Assembly: GCA_963748625.1 (NCBI GenBank)
Contig: CAVVJT010000008.1
Location: forward strand, 32,001-96,000
Length of the DNA: 64,000 nucleotides
From: an uncultured Chloroflexia bacterium
GTDB taxonomy: Bacteria > Chloroflexota > Limnocylindria > Limnocylindrales > CSP1-4
Reading direction: 5' to 3'
In this document: positions 9,961 to 17,840 of the stretch, in pieces
Layout: each line of letters begins with the position of its first letter
Position numbering within the stretch: position 1 is the stretch's first letter
The notes under the pieces: generated by a model
The model's database searches: none
Told to the model about the DNA's origin: nothing
The model's input: only the letters and a program-made list of their open reading frames with translations
Program-made: the position numbers and the translations under genes

Positions 9961-11844
9961 ATGAGCGTCCGAGATCCAGGATTCGATCCGCGCACGCAAC
10001 ACCCGCGCAGTGGAGCCCACCCGGTGGGCAGCCACCCGCCGGGTGGGCCAGTGACGCCCCCGAGTCCCGATCCCGTGTCCCGTGGTGGCTCGCCTGCCCC
10101 GCGACCCCGCCGACCGGGCTCCGCGCGTTCCGGCGGCTCGCGCGGGTCGTCGAGCTGGTTCCTGCCGGCCATCGGGATCATCGCCCTGCTCCTGGTCGTC
10201 GGCATCGGGTTCGGGTCGGGCGTGGTGGGCCGCGCGTCCGATCCGGCGGCTGCGGCGGGGTCGGCGTCGCCCGGCGCGAGTGCCGTCGGTGGGGTCACCT
10301 CCCCGGCGACCGGGGAGGTGGCGTCGGCGGACCCTGGGACCGGCGAGGCCACGGCGCCGCCTGCGGAGGAGCCCGCTGCGGAGGAGCCGACCCCCGGAGA
10401 GAGTGCCGTACCCGCGGTCCTCGTCGAGGCCGACGTCCCGGTCGTCCCCGTCACCAACTTCCGCTCGGCGCGTACGACCGTGAAGGCGGCCGATGTCGAA
10501 GCCATCGCTGCCGGCACCGGTGCCTACAAGGGCCTCGTCCTGCTCAAGGCCGACGCCGGGCCGATCCTGGCCGCCCTCGGGCTCGACCGCTCGTCGTTCG
10601 GCTCCCGCTTGGCCACCGTCAAGTCACCGCGTGCGCTGCAGCAGCACCTGTCGGCCAATCGCGGCTGGCTGGGCTTCCTGCGCGCCGACCAGGTGGATCC
10701 GTCGGTGCGCGCGCTCGCGTGGGGCAACAAGAGCCTGTTCGGCAACGGGCGCATCAAGAGCCTCGCGAAGTGGCCGCTGACGGCCCGCCTCGAGGCGCCG
10801 GAGGGCGCGGCCACGGCCTACGACCCCGGCCAGGCCTGGACGCTGGTGGCGGGCGGCGACATCCTGCTGGACCGTGGCGTGTCGCTTGCCATCAACGATG
10901 CCGCACGCGGCGACGATTTCCCGTTCGACGGCGGCACCGTGAACATCACCGGCCGCTGCAAGGACTGCTCGCCCATGGGCTGGGACCTGCCGTACACGAA
11001 GAAGACCGGCAACGCCGGCATCGTGCGCGAGCTCCTGTCCGAGGCCGACCTCTCGATCGCCAACTTCGAGAACCCGGCGCCGGACGACTGGCGCTTCCAC
11101 GGCAAAGGGATGATGTTCTCGGCCAACCCGAAGCACATCGCGGGCCTCGTGGATGCCGGGCTCGACTGGGTGTCGCTGGCCAACAACCACATGGGCGACT
11201 CGGGCGACAGCGGGATCCTCCAGACGATCAAGAACCTCGACAAGTACGGCCTCGCCCATGGCGGCGCGGGTGCCAATACCAAGCAGGCCCACAAGGCGAC
11301 GCTGCTCAAGGCGGGCGGCGTGACCGTTGGGATCCTGGGCTACGACTCGATCGCGGGCTACTACCGCTCCACGGCCACCTCGCCGGGCACGTCACGGCTG
11401 TCCACCAAGGCGCTGGCCAAGGACATCGCCGCGGCCCGCGCAGCCGGCGCCGACCTCGTGATCGTGTTCCCCCACTGGGGCATCGAGTACCGCGAGAAGC
11501 CGTCCCAGTACCAGGTGGACATGGGCCGGGCAGCCATCGACGCCGGCGCCGACATGGTGATCGGCAACCACCCCCACTGGGTGGAGGGGATGGAGGTCTA
11601 CAAGGGCAAGCCGATCTGGTACGCGCTGGGCAACTTCGTGTTCGACCAGTCCTGGTCCGAGTACACGATGGAGGGGCTCACGCTCGAGCTCACGCTGCAG
11701 GGCACCGAACTGCGCCAGATCCGCATCCGCCCGCACCTGATCATGGGCAAGGCCCAGCCGAACGTCATGGATCCGGCGACCATGGGCGGAAAGTTCGTGA
11801 TGGACCAGTTCTGGCGCTCGTCGAAGGGCCACTTGGACTGGTAG
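9961..11844 (+). CDS. CapA/PGA_cap family metallophosphoesterase-fold protein, membrane-anchored
   Basis: GGDILLDRGV, ANFENP, SLANNHMGD, FPHWGIEY, IGNHPHWV, YALGNFVFDQ; N-terminal TM; start uncertain (9961 or 10051). Confidence 0.88.
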   Translation: MSVRDPGFDPRTQHPRSGAHPVGSHPPGGPVTPPSPDPVSRGGSPAPRPRRPGSARSGGSRGSSSWFLPAIGIIALLLVVGIGFGSGVVGRASDPAAAAGSASPGASAVGGVTSPATGEVASADPGTGEATAPPAEEPAAEEPTPGESAVPAVLVEADVPVVPVTNFRSARTTVKAADVEAIAAGTGAYKGLVLLKADAGPILAALGLDRSSFGSRLATVKSPRALQQHLSANRGWLGFLRADQVDPSVRALAWGNKSLFGNGRIKSLAKWPLTARLEAPEGAATAYDPGQAWTLVAGGDILLDRGVSLAINDAARGDDFPFDGGTVNITGRCKDCSPMGWDLPYTKKTGNAGIVRELLSEADLSIANFENPAPDDWRFHGKGMMFSANPKHIAGLVDAGLDWVSLANNHMGDSGDSGILQTIKNLDKYGLAHGGAGANTKQAHKATLLKAGGVTVGILGYDSIAGYYRSTATSPGTSRLSTKALAKDIAAARAAGADLVIVFPHWGIEYREKPSQYQVDMGRAAIDAGADMVIGNHPHWVEGMEVYKGKPIWYALGNFVFDQSWSEYTMEGLTLELTLQGTELRQIRIRPHLIMGKAQPNVMDPATMGGKFVMDQFWRSSKGHLDW

Positions 11845-11860
11845 GGGCTCCGGCGCCGGA

Positions 11861-12157
11861 GCCGCGGGTCAGCCCCAGCCGCGGGTCAGCCCCAGCCGGG
11901 TGCGCTGCTTGTCCCCGTCCCCTGTGCGCGCGCGGCAATAGATCGCCAGCCCCATGTCGCCCCGATGCTCATCGGGCATTGGGTCGACAAGGTTCGCCCA
12001 GGCTCACCCCGCGATCACGCCGTTCGCGTGTGCCGTGAGCAACGGCACGACATCCTTGGGCGCAAGTATTGCTTGGCTCGCGCGATCCGCTGCGCCCGGA
12101 GCCACCGTACCGGTGCCGTGCCGCGGGTCAGCCCCAGCCGCGGGTCAGCCCCAGCCG
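11861..12157. repeat. 38-bp direct repeats (11861-11898, 12120-12157) flanking a long imperfect palindrome
   Basis: gccgcgggtcagccccagccgcgggtcagccccagccg occurs twice; internal inverted blocks are in register. Confidence 0.85.
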
Positions 12158-13149
12158 TAGGGGCCCGGTTCGCGGCTGAGGATCCCTTCGAAGAGGTCGG
12201 ATTCGTGCGCGGGCGCGTCCACGCGCGTCTCGCGGCGGACGAACGCCTCCTGGAACCAGAAGTCGCGCCAGGCATCGGGGCCGAAGCGCACGAAGGGGTT
12301 CTCGTCGCTGATCTGCGTCACGTGCGCGCGGAACGCCTGCCAGCGCTGCTCCAGCTCGTCGGACACGTCCACCCAGGCCGTCACCGTCTCGTCGGGGACG
12401 AGCATCTTCGCGGCGAACGCCTCGAACTCGGCGAGCTGCTCCGGCGTCGCGTCGGGCGGGGGTGACCAGAACGAGCGCTCGCCGATGGCATCCATGCGCT
12501 CCTGGATCGCCTGGCGCACGGACGCGGGGATCGCCTGCTCGTAGAGCTTCGCCGGCGACCACGGCGCAAGCCCGCCCTCCTCGCTCGGCGCGCCGGTCCC
12601 GCCGTGCTCGGGCGCGATCTGCTCCGGATACCAGGCCGGATCGCCCGCGCGCGCGAAGGCACCCACCGCGACGAGGTGCGTGCGGATGTGATCGGGATGC
12701 CCGTATCCGCCGAAGGCGTTGTAGGTGGTCATCACGTCTGGCTGGTACCTGCGCACCATCCAGACCAGGCGCCCGATCGCCTCGTCCAGGTCCGCCCGCC
12801 AGAAGGTGCGCGGGTCGTGGTTCCCCGGGCGGCCCATCATGTCGGAGTCCCTGTAGCCGAGGTTCTCCCACTCGGTGACGCCCAACGCCTCCATCGCGCG
12901 CTCCAGCTCCACGGCGCGCAGCTCGCCCAGGCGACGGTGGTTGTCGGGCGTGTCCAGCTCCGCGACGACGATGTCGCCCATCTCGCCGCGGGTGCAGGTG
13001 ACCAGGACCACCCGGCGGCCCTGCTTGACAGCCTTCGCCATGAGACCGCCCGTGCCGATGACCTCGTCGTCCGGGTGGGCATGGGTGGTCATCAGGGTGG
13101 GCACGTGCGGCGTCGGCACGCTCGGCAGGGTCGGGGACGTCTCGCTCAT
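12145..13149 (-). CDS. PIG-L family deacetylase (Mca/MshB-like)
   Basis: HAHPDDE, LVTCTRGEMG, LGYRDSDM, GGYGHPDH, AHVTQI, C-terminal ESDLFEG. Confidence 0.88.
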   Translation of the reverse strand: MSETSPTLPSVPTPHVPTLMTTHAHPDDEVIGTGGLMAKAVKQGRRVVLVTCTRGEMGDIVVAELDTPDNHRRLGELRAVELERAMEALGVTEWENLGYRDSDMMGRPGNHDPRTFWRADLDEAIGRLVWMVRRYQPDVMTTYNAFGGYGHPDHIRTHLVAVGAFARAGDPAWYPEQIAPEHGGTGAPSEEGGLAPWSPAKLYEQAIPASVRQAIQERMDAIGERSFWSPPPDATPEQLAEFEAFAAKMLVPDETVTAWVDVSDELEQRWQAFRAHVTQISDENPFVRFGPDAWRDFWFQEAFVRRETRVDAPAHESDLFEGILSREPGPYGWG

Positions 13150-13201
13150 GGATGCATCCTACTGTCCGGCGGCCTAGGACCGGTGATGGCACCTTCTGGG
13201 G

Positions 13202-13521
13202 ATGTCGCTGCTGCCCCCGTCCGTCGTCATCCTGATCGTCCTCGCGGACGGGGCGATGCTCGCCGCGCTGTGGCGGGTGGTCCTGCCTGCAAGCCGCGGG
13301 CGCGCCTGGGACGCAGTGTCACCGCCGACATGGGCGTGTGATTCGTGGTGATGGAAGGTCTGGACGTGTGCCGAATCGATCTTGCGCCGCCGGATCGGCC
13401 GGTGTTCGTGGGCGTCACCGGTGGCGCGCACACGGCCGACTTCCATGTTCGCGTGGGCAACGCGACGCGCCGGCTGCTGACCGACGAGGTCCTCGATTAC
13501 CAGGAGCGCCGCTGGGGCTGA
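13202..13521 (+). pseudogene. Remnant resembling the C-terminus of an AlbA_2/Schlafen-domain protein
   Basis: One frame reads RLGRSVTADMGV*FVVMEGLDVCRIDLAPPDRPVFV...FHVRVGNATRRLLTDEVLDYQERRWG* with an internal TGA at 13339; a short hydrophobic ORF lies upstream. Confidence 0.5.
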
Positions 13522-13654
13522 GCGCGCCAGATCCGCCACGAGACGCGTGACCCCACCCGGAGTCACCCAGGGCCGCCTCCCGCACGACCAGTACACGCAA
13601 CGTCGACTTTGCCGTACGCGCGCCGCACGGTCAGGGCTCTCCTGACTCGCAGCG

Positions 13655-13755
13655 GAGTCCGCGCCCGGCGGCGAGTCCGCGCCCGGCGGCGAGTCCGCGC
13701 CCGGCGGCGAGTCCGCGCCCGGCGGCGAGTCCGCGCCCGGCGGCGAGTCCGCGCC
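13655..13755. repeat. 18-bp tandem repeat x5.6 (gagtccgcgcccggcggc), intergenic
   Basis: Read directly from the sequence. Confidence 0.95.
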
Positions 13756-13770
13756 ACGCTGCTGCCCCGG

Positions 13771-14433
13771 TCAGGACGGCCGTCGAGCCTCGATCCGGTG
13801 GGCGAGGGCGATCGGGCCGGGCCACCGCCATGGGCGCTCGTCCACGATCTCCAGCGCGGATCCCTCGACGTGGTCGACCGGGTGGTACCCACCACCGTGG
13901 AGCGGGACAAAGGCACCGCCCAGGTCGTAGATCAGGGCCGTCCCGCCCGGGCGCAGCACCCGCGCCACCTCTGCGAGACCGGCTCCCTTGTCGGCCCAGT
14001 GGTGCATCGACAGCGTGCTCACCACGACGTCGAAGCTGGCGTCGTCGAAGGGGAGCGCGGCCACGTCGGCGACGCGCACGTCGGCATCCGGACCGAGCCG
14101 GAGTCGGGCCTGCCCGACCATCCGCGGATCGAGGTCGATGGCGGTCACGTCGAGGCTGCGCCTGGCCAGGTCGGCCGCCAGGTGGCCCGGGCCGCATCCG
14201 ATGTCCAGGACCCGGGCGCCGGCGGGCGCGGTCGAGGCGATGTCGCGCGCGACCCCCGCGTAGAAGGAGCCGAGCAGGAAGCCCGCGATCCGGTCGTACG
14301 CGCCTGCGTCGGCGATGAGGATGCCCTCGGGCGTGTCGCGCGCGACACCGGGGCCCCGGCGATGGAGCAGCACCGCGACGGTGGCGACCCCGGCGGCTGT
14401 CCCGGCGGCGACGATGAGCGGAGTCCTGCGCAT
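13771..14433 (-). CDS. Class I SAM-dependent methyltransferase
   Basis: VLDIGCGPG, LPFDDASFDVVVS, ARVLRPGG. Confidence 0.9.
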   Translation of the reverse strand: MRRTPLIVAAGTAAGVATVAVLLHRRGPGVARDTPEGILIADAGAYDRIAGFLLGSFYAGVARDIASTAPAGARVLDIGCGPGHLAADLARRSLDVTAIDLDPRMVGQARLRLGPDADVRVADVAALPFDDASFDVVVSTLSMHHWADKGAGLAEVARVLRPGGTALIYDLGGAFVPLHGGGYHPVDHVEGSALEIVDERPWRWPGPIALAHRIEARRPS

Positions 14434-14483
14434 GCGGGTGACCTCGGAGAGCGGCTGGGGCCTCCCGAGTGTAGGCTGCCCCG

Positions 14484-15263
14484 ATGACCGACCAGCCCAC
14501 CGCCCCGGAGACCCCGGCGATCCCGGTGACCCCGGACGTGCCGCCCGCCCCGGCGATCCCGGTGACCCCGGACGTGCCGCCCACCCCGGCGATCCCGGTG
14601 ACCCCGGACGTGCCGCCCGCCCCGGCGATCCCGGTGACCCCGGACGTGCCGCCCGCCCCGGCGATCCCGGTGACCCCGGACGTGCCGCCCGCCCCGGCGA
14701 TCCCGGTGACCCCGGACGTGCCGCCCGCCCCGGCGATCCCGGTGACCCCGGACGTGCCGCCCGCCCCGGCGATCCCGGTGACCCCCGCCATCGCGGCGCT
14801 CGAGGCCGCGGGTGTCGCCTTCCGGGTCGTCCGCACCGAGATCGCCCGCAGCGCCGAGGAGAGCGCCTCGTTCCAGGGCATCCCGGTGGGGTCGCTCCTG
14901 CGCTCGATCCTCGTCCGGCGCGGCACCGACGACTTCTTCTTCGTGCTCGTGCCCGGCGGCCGCCGCTTCAACTGGCCGAAGCTGCGCCAGCTCCTGGGCA
15001 CCAACCGCCTGACCCTTCCCACCGAGGAGGAGGCCAAGGCCGAGACCGGCTACGTCCGCGGCGCGATCACCCCATTCGGCGCGCGGCGACCGTGGCCTGT
15101 CATCGCCGACGAGACCGTGATGGCCTGGGAGGTCGTCGCGATCGGCGGGGGCGCGCGCGGTGTGAACGTGCATCTTGCGCCTGCGGACCTGGTCAGGGCG
15201 ACGGACGCACAGGTCGTGGACATCACGATCCCCGACGAGCCGAAAGAAGCGGCCGAGGGCTGA
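14484..15263 (+). CDS. YbaK/EbsC family aminoacyl-tRNA deacylase with repetitive N-terminal extension
   Basis: TGYVRGAITPFG, AIGGGARG; N-terminal (PAIPVTPDVPPA)x7. Confidence 0.85.
   Translation: MTDQPTAPETPAIPVTPDVPPAPAIPVTPDVPPTPAIPVTPDVPPAPAIPVTPDVPPAPAIPVTPDVPPAPAIPVTPDVPPAPAIPVTPDVPPAPAIPVTPAIAALEAAGVAFRVVRTEIARSAEESASFQGIPVGSLLRSILVRRGTDDFFFVLVPGGRRFNWPKLRQLLGTNRLTLPTEEEAKAETGYVRGAITPFGARRPWPVIADETVMAWEVVAIGGGARGVNVHLAPADLVRATDAQVVDITIPDEPKEAAEG
14514..14786. repeat. 36-bp coding tandem repeat x7.6
   Basis: ccggcgatcccggtgaccccggacgtgccgcccgcc, head-to-tail with no spacers. Confidence 0.95.
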
Positions 15264-15573
15264 GGCAGAGCTCCGCCTCGCGCGCAGCGGGCCCTCGCGC
15301 TGAGGCAGGCCCACTCCCGCACAGCGGGTCCTATGTGCGACATCTCGCGCAGGCAGCCCGCTGGGCGGCAGGAATGGCCCCGTTCGATCCGATGTCACGC
15401 CGCTCTGCCCGCTGGCCGGGAGAGATGCGCGGAATCCTGTACGTAAGGCCCGCCAGGCGGGAGAGGGTGGCGTGGCGCCAGGCGGGAGGGGGTGGCATCG
15501 GGCGGCGTCAGGTCCCGGCAGGGTGGACCGCCCAGGGATCCGGCACGGAGGCCGCGGCCGTACCATCACCGGC

Positions 15574-16824
15574 ATGGAGACTCCCGCCAGCGACGGCCCC
15601 CTTGCCGGCATCCGCGTGATCGACTGCTCGGCCGTGCTCGCCGGACCGTACTGCACGATGCTCCTCGCGGACCTGGGCGCGGACGTGGTCAAGGTGGAGC
15701 CGCCCGAGGGAGACGGCACCCGTGGCTGGGGCCCGCCATGGGTGGGCGACGAGGCGGCCGGCACGAGGACCGCGGCCTACTTCCAGGCGGTGAACCGCAA
15801 CAAGCGCTCCATCCGCCTCGACCTCAAGACCGCCAGCGGGCGCGAGGTGCTCACCCACCTCCTCGCCGATGCGGACGTCTTCGTGGAGAACTTCCGGGCC
15901 GGCGGGCTCGAGCGCCTCGGCTTCGGGGACGACGTTCTCGAGGCGATCAACCCGGACCTGGTCCACCTCGCGATCAGCGGGTACGGCACGGTGGGGCCCG
16001 ACGCACAGAAGCCCGGCTACGACTTCGTGATCCAGGCCCAGGGCGGCCTCATGTCGATCACGGGCGCGCGCGATGCGCAGGGCGGCGCGCCGACCAAGGT
16101 GGGCGTGGCCATCAGCGATGTCGTGACCGGCCTCTTCGGGACGGTGACCGTGCTGGCGGGCCTCCTCGCGCGCGAGCGCGGGCGGGTCCCCGGGGCGGGC
16201 GAGGGCCATGGCGGCCAGCGGATCGACGTCAACCTGCTCGCCTCCACGCTGGCGGTGCTGGTGAACCAGGCCCAGAACGCGTTCGTATCGGACGCCGCGC
16301 CCGGACGGATGGGCAACGCGCACCCCAACATCGTTCCGTACGAGACCTTCGCCACGGCCGATGGCGAGATCGCGCTCGCGGTGGGCAGCGAGCGGCAGTG
16401 GGCCCGCCTGTGCGACCTGCTCGACCGGCCCAACCTGCGCGACGACCCGAGGTTCGCGGCCAACGGCGCACGGGTGGCCAACCGGGTCGAGCTCAGGGCG
16501 CTCCTTGCCGCCCGCTTCAGCACCCGGCCCACGGACGCCTGGCTGGACAGCCTCGACGCGGCCGAGATCCCGTGCGGCGCCATCAACGACATCGCCGAGG
16601 CGTTCGCGATGCCCCAGGCGGTCGCGCTCGGCATGGCGGTGGACGTGGAGCACCCGGTGCTCGGGGTGGTCCGCCAGGCCGGCATCCCGTTCACCCTGTC
16701 GGCCACGCCGGCGTCGATCCGGACCGCACCGCCGCTCCTGGGCGAGCACACGGACGCCATCCTGGCCGAGGCCGGCTACGAGGACGACGAGATCTCGCGC
16801 CTCAGGGCGGACGGGATCGTCTGA
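15574..16824 (+). CDS. CaiB/BaiF family (class III) CoA-transferase
   Basis: LAGPYCTMLLADLGADVVKVE, NRNKRS, ENFRAG, PGYDFVIQ (catalytic Asp), PPLLGEHT. Confidence 0.93.
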   Translation: METPASDGPLAGIRVIDCSAVLAGPYCTMLLADLGADVVKVEPPEGDGTRGWGPPWVGDEAAGTRTAAYFQAVNRNKRSIRLDLKTASGREVLTHLLADADVFVENFRAGGLERLGFGDDVLEAINPDLVHLAISGYGTVGPDAQKPGYDFVIQAQGGLMSITGARDAQGGAPTKVGVAISDVVTGLFGTVTVLAGLLARERGRVPGAGEGHGGQRIDVNLLASTLAVLVNQAQNAFVSDAAPGRMGNAHPNIVPYETFATADGEIALAVGSERQWARLCDLLDRPNLRDDPRFAANGARVANRVELRALLAARFSTRPTDAWLDSLDAAEIPCGAINDIAEAFAMPQAVALGMAVDVEHPVLGVVRQAGIPFTLSATPASIRTAPPLLGEHTDAILAEAGYEDDEISRLRADGIV

Positions 16825-16902
16825 GGGACCAACTGGCGCGATCGCGGCGACCATGACTGCGGCGGCCACGGCTGCGTCGAGGCCGACGACCCCGCTGGCC
16901 GC

Positions 16903-17553
16903 CTACCCGTTCGCGACGAGCCGGTCCTGGGTGTACTGGTAGTGCTCCCCGACCGCATGGGCGGCCGCCTCCGCGTCGCGCGCCCCGATCGCGTCCGCGA
17001 TCCGGCGGTGCAGGTCGACCGGGGGCGTCCAGGCGAGCGTGGCATGCGTTGCGAGGGCCGTCCGCATCAGCAGGACCGTCTGCGATGCGAGCCCGTCGAA
17101 CAGGTCCACCAGGCGCCGGTTGTCCGACATGCTGCAGTAGCTGCGATGGAACAGCATGTCCGCGTCCCACGCCGCGGGCAGGTCGTCGCGCCCATAGGCC
17201 GCCTCGGTCTCGGCGAGGCGCACATACATCTCGGCGATCTCGTCGTCTGTGGCCCGTGCGACGGCCGCACGAACCGCCGCCTCCTCGATGGCCCGACGGA
17301 GCACGTAGACCTCGGCAAGGTCCTTCTCCGAGAGCGAGGCGACGAAGGTTCCGCGCCGCGGGAGATCCTCTACGAGCCCTTCTCGAGCGAGCTCCGTGAG
17401 CGCGTCCCGGATGGGGCCGCGCGAGACGCCGAAGCGCTCGGCGAGATCGGTCTCCACGAGACGTGATCCGGCGGCGTAGCGGCCGTCGAGAATCTGCTCG
17501 CGGATCTCGTCGGCGATCGACTCCCACAGCTGCTTGTGCGTGAACGCTGCCAT
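16903..17553 (-). CDS. GntR family regulator (FCD domain)
   Basis: LAERFGVSRGPIRDAL...RRGTFV; D.LFH and H...ADAI...H FCD motifs. Confidence 0.92.
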   Translation of the reverse strand: MAAFTHKQLWESIADEIREQILDGRYAAGSRLVETDLAERFGVSRGPIRDALTELAREGLVEDLPRRGTFVASLSEKDLAEVYVLRRAIEEAAVRAAVARATDDEIAEMYVRLAETEAAYGRDDLPAAWDADMLFHRSYCSMSDNRRLVDLFDGLASQTVLLMRTALATHATLAWTPPVDLHRRIADAIGARDAEAAAHAVGEHYQYTQDRLVANG

Positions 17554-17619
17554 GCGCCCCACGATCCCCCCATGTTGCAATTAAGTGCCGACAGGGACTC
17601 GGCTGGCGGTCAGATTGCG

Positions 17620-17650
17620 TGTTGACATGACGATTGTCAACAGTTAGCCT
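17620..17650 (+). promoter_or_regulatory. Sigma70 promoter TTGACA-N17-TAGCCT overlapped by inverted repeat TGTTGACA-N7-TGTCAACA (putative GntR operator)
   Basis: Read directly; lies between divergent gntR and the catabolic operon. Confidence 0.75.
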
Positions 17651-17840
17651 CCCGCGGTCAGCCCCACGTGCGACGTTGCGCCCCCGCCACGGCGGGCTTG
17701 ATGTGACCAATGGACCTGTATTTCGACACTCCGGCCGTGTGGCCGATAGGACCCGGGGCGGGTAGGGTTCGGCGCCTACCCGCAACGCCACCAGTCGTCG
17801 CCGACACGTACCCGCACCCGCGATAGGAGCAGAAGCTCGA

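Noticed and set aside
14514-14786. 36-bp repeats as a CRISPR array
   Set aside because: Units are head-to-tail with no spacers, lie in frame inside a CDS, and no cas genes are nearby.
17650-17840. Glycine riboswitch before the GcvT-domain gene
   Set aside because: No GGAGA / CCGAAG / CTCTCAGG aptamer elements; kept only as an unknown structured leader.
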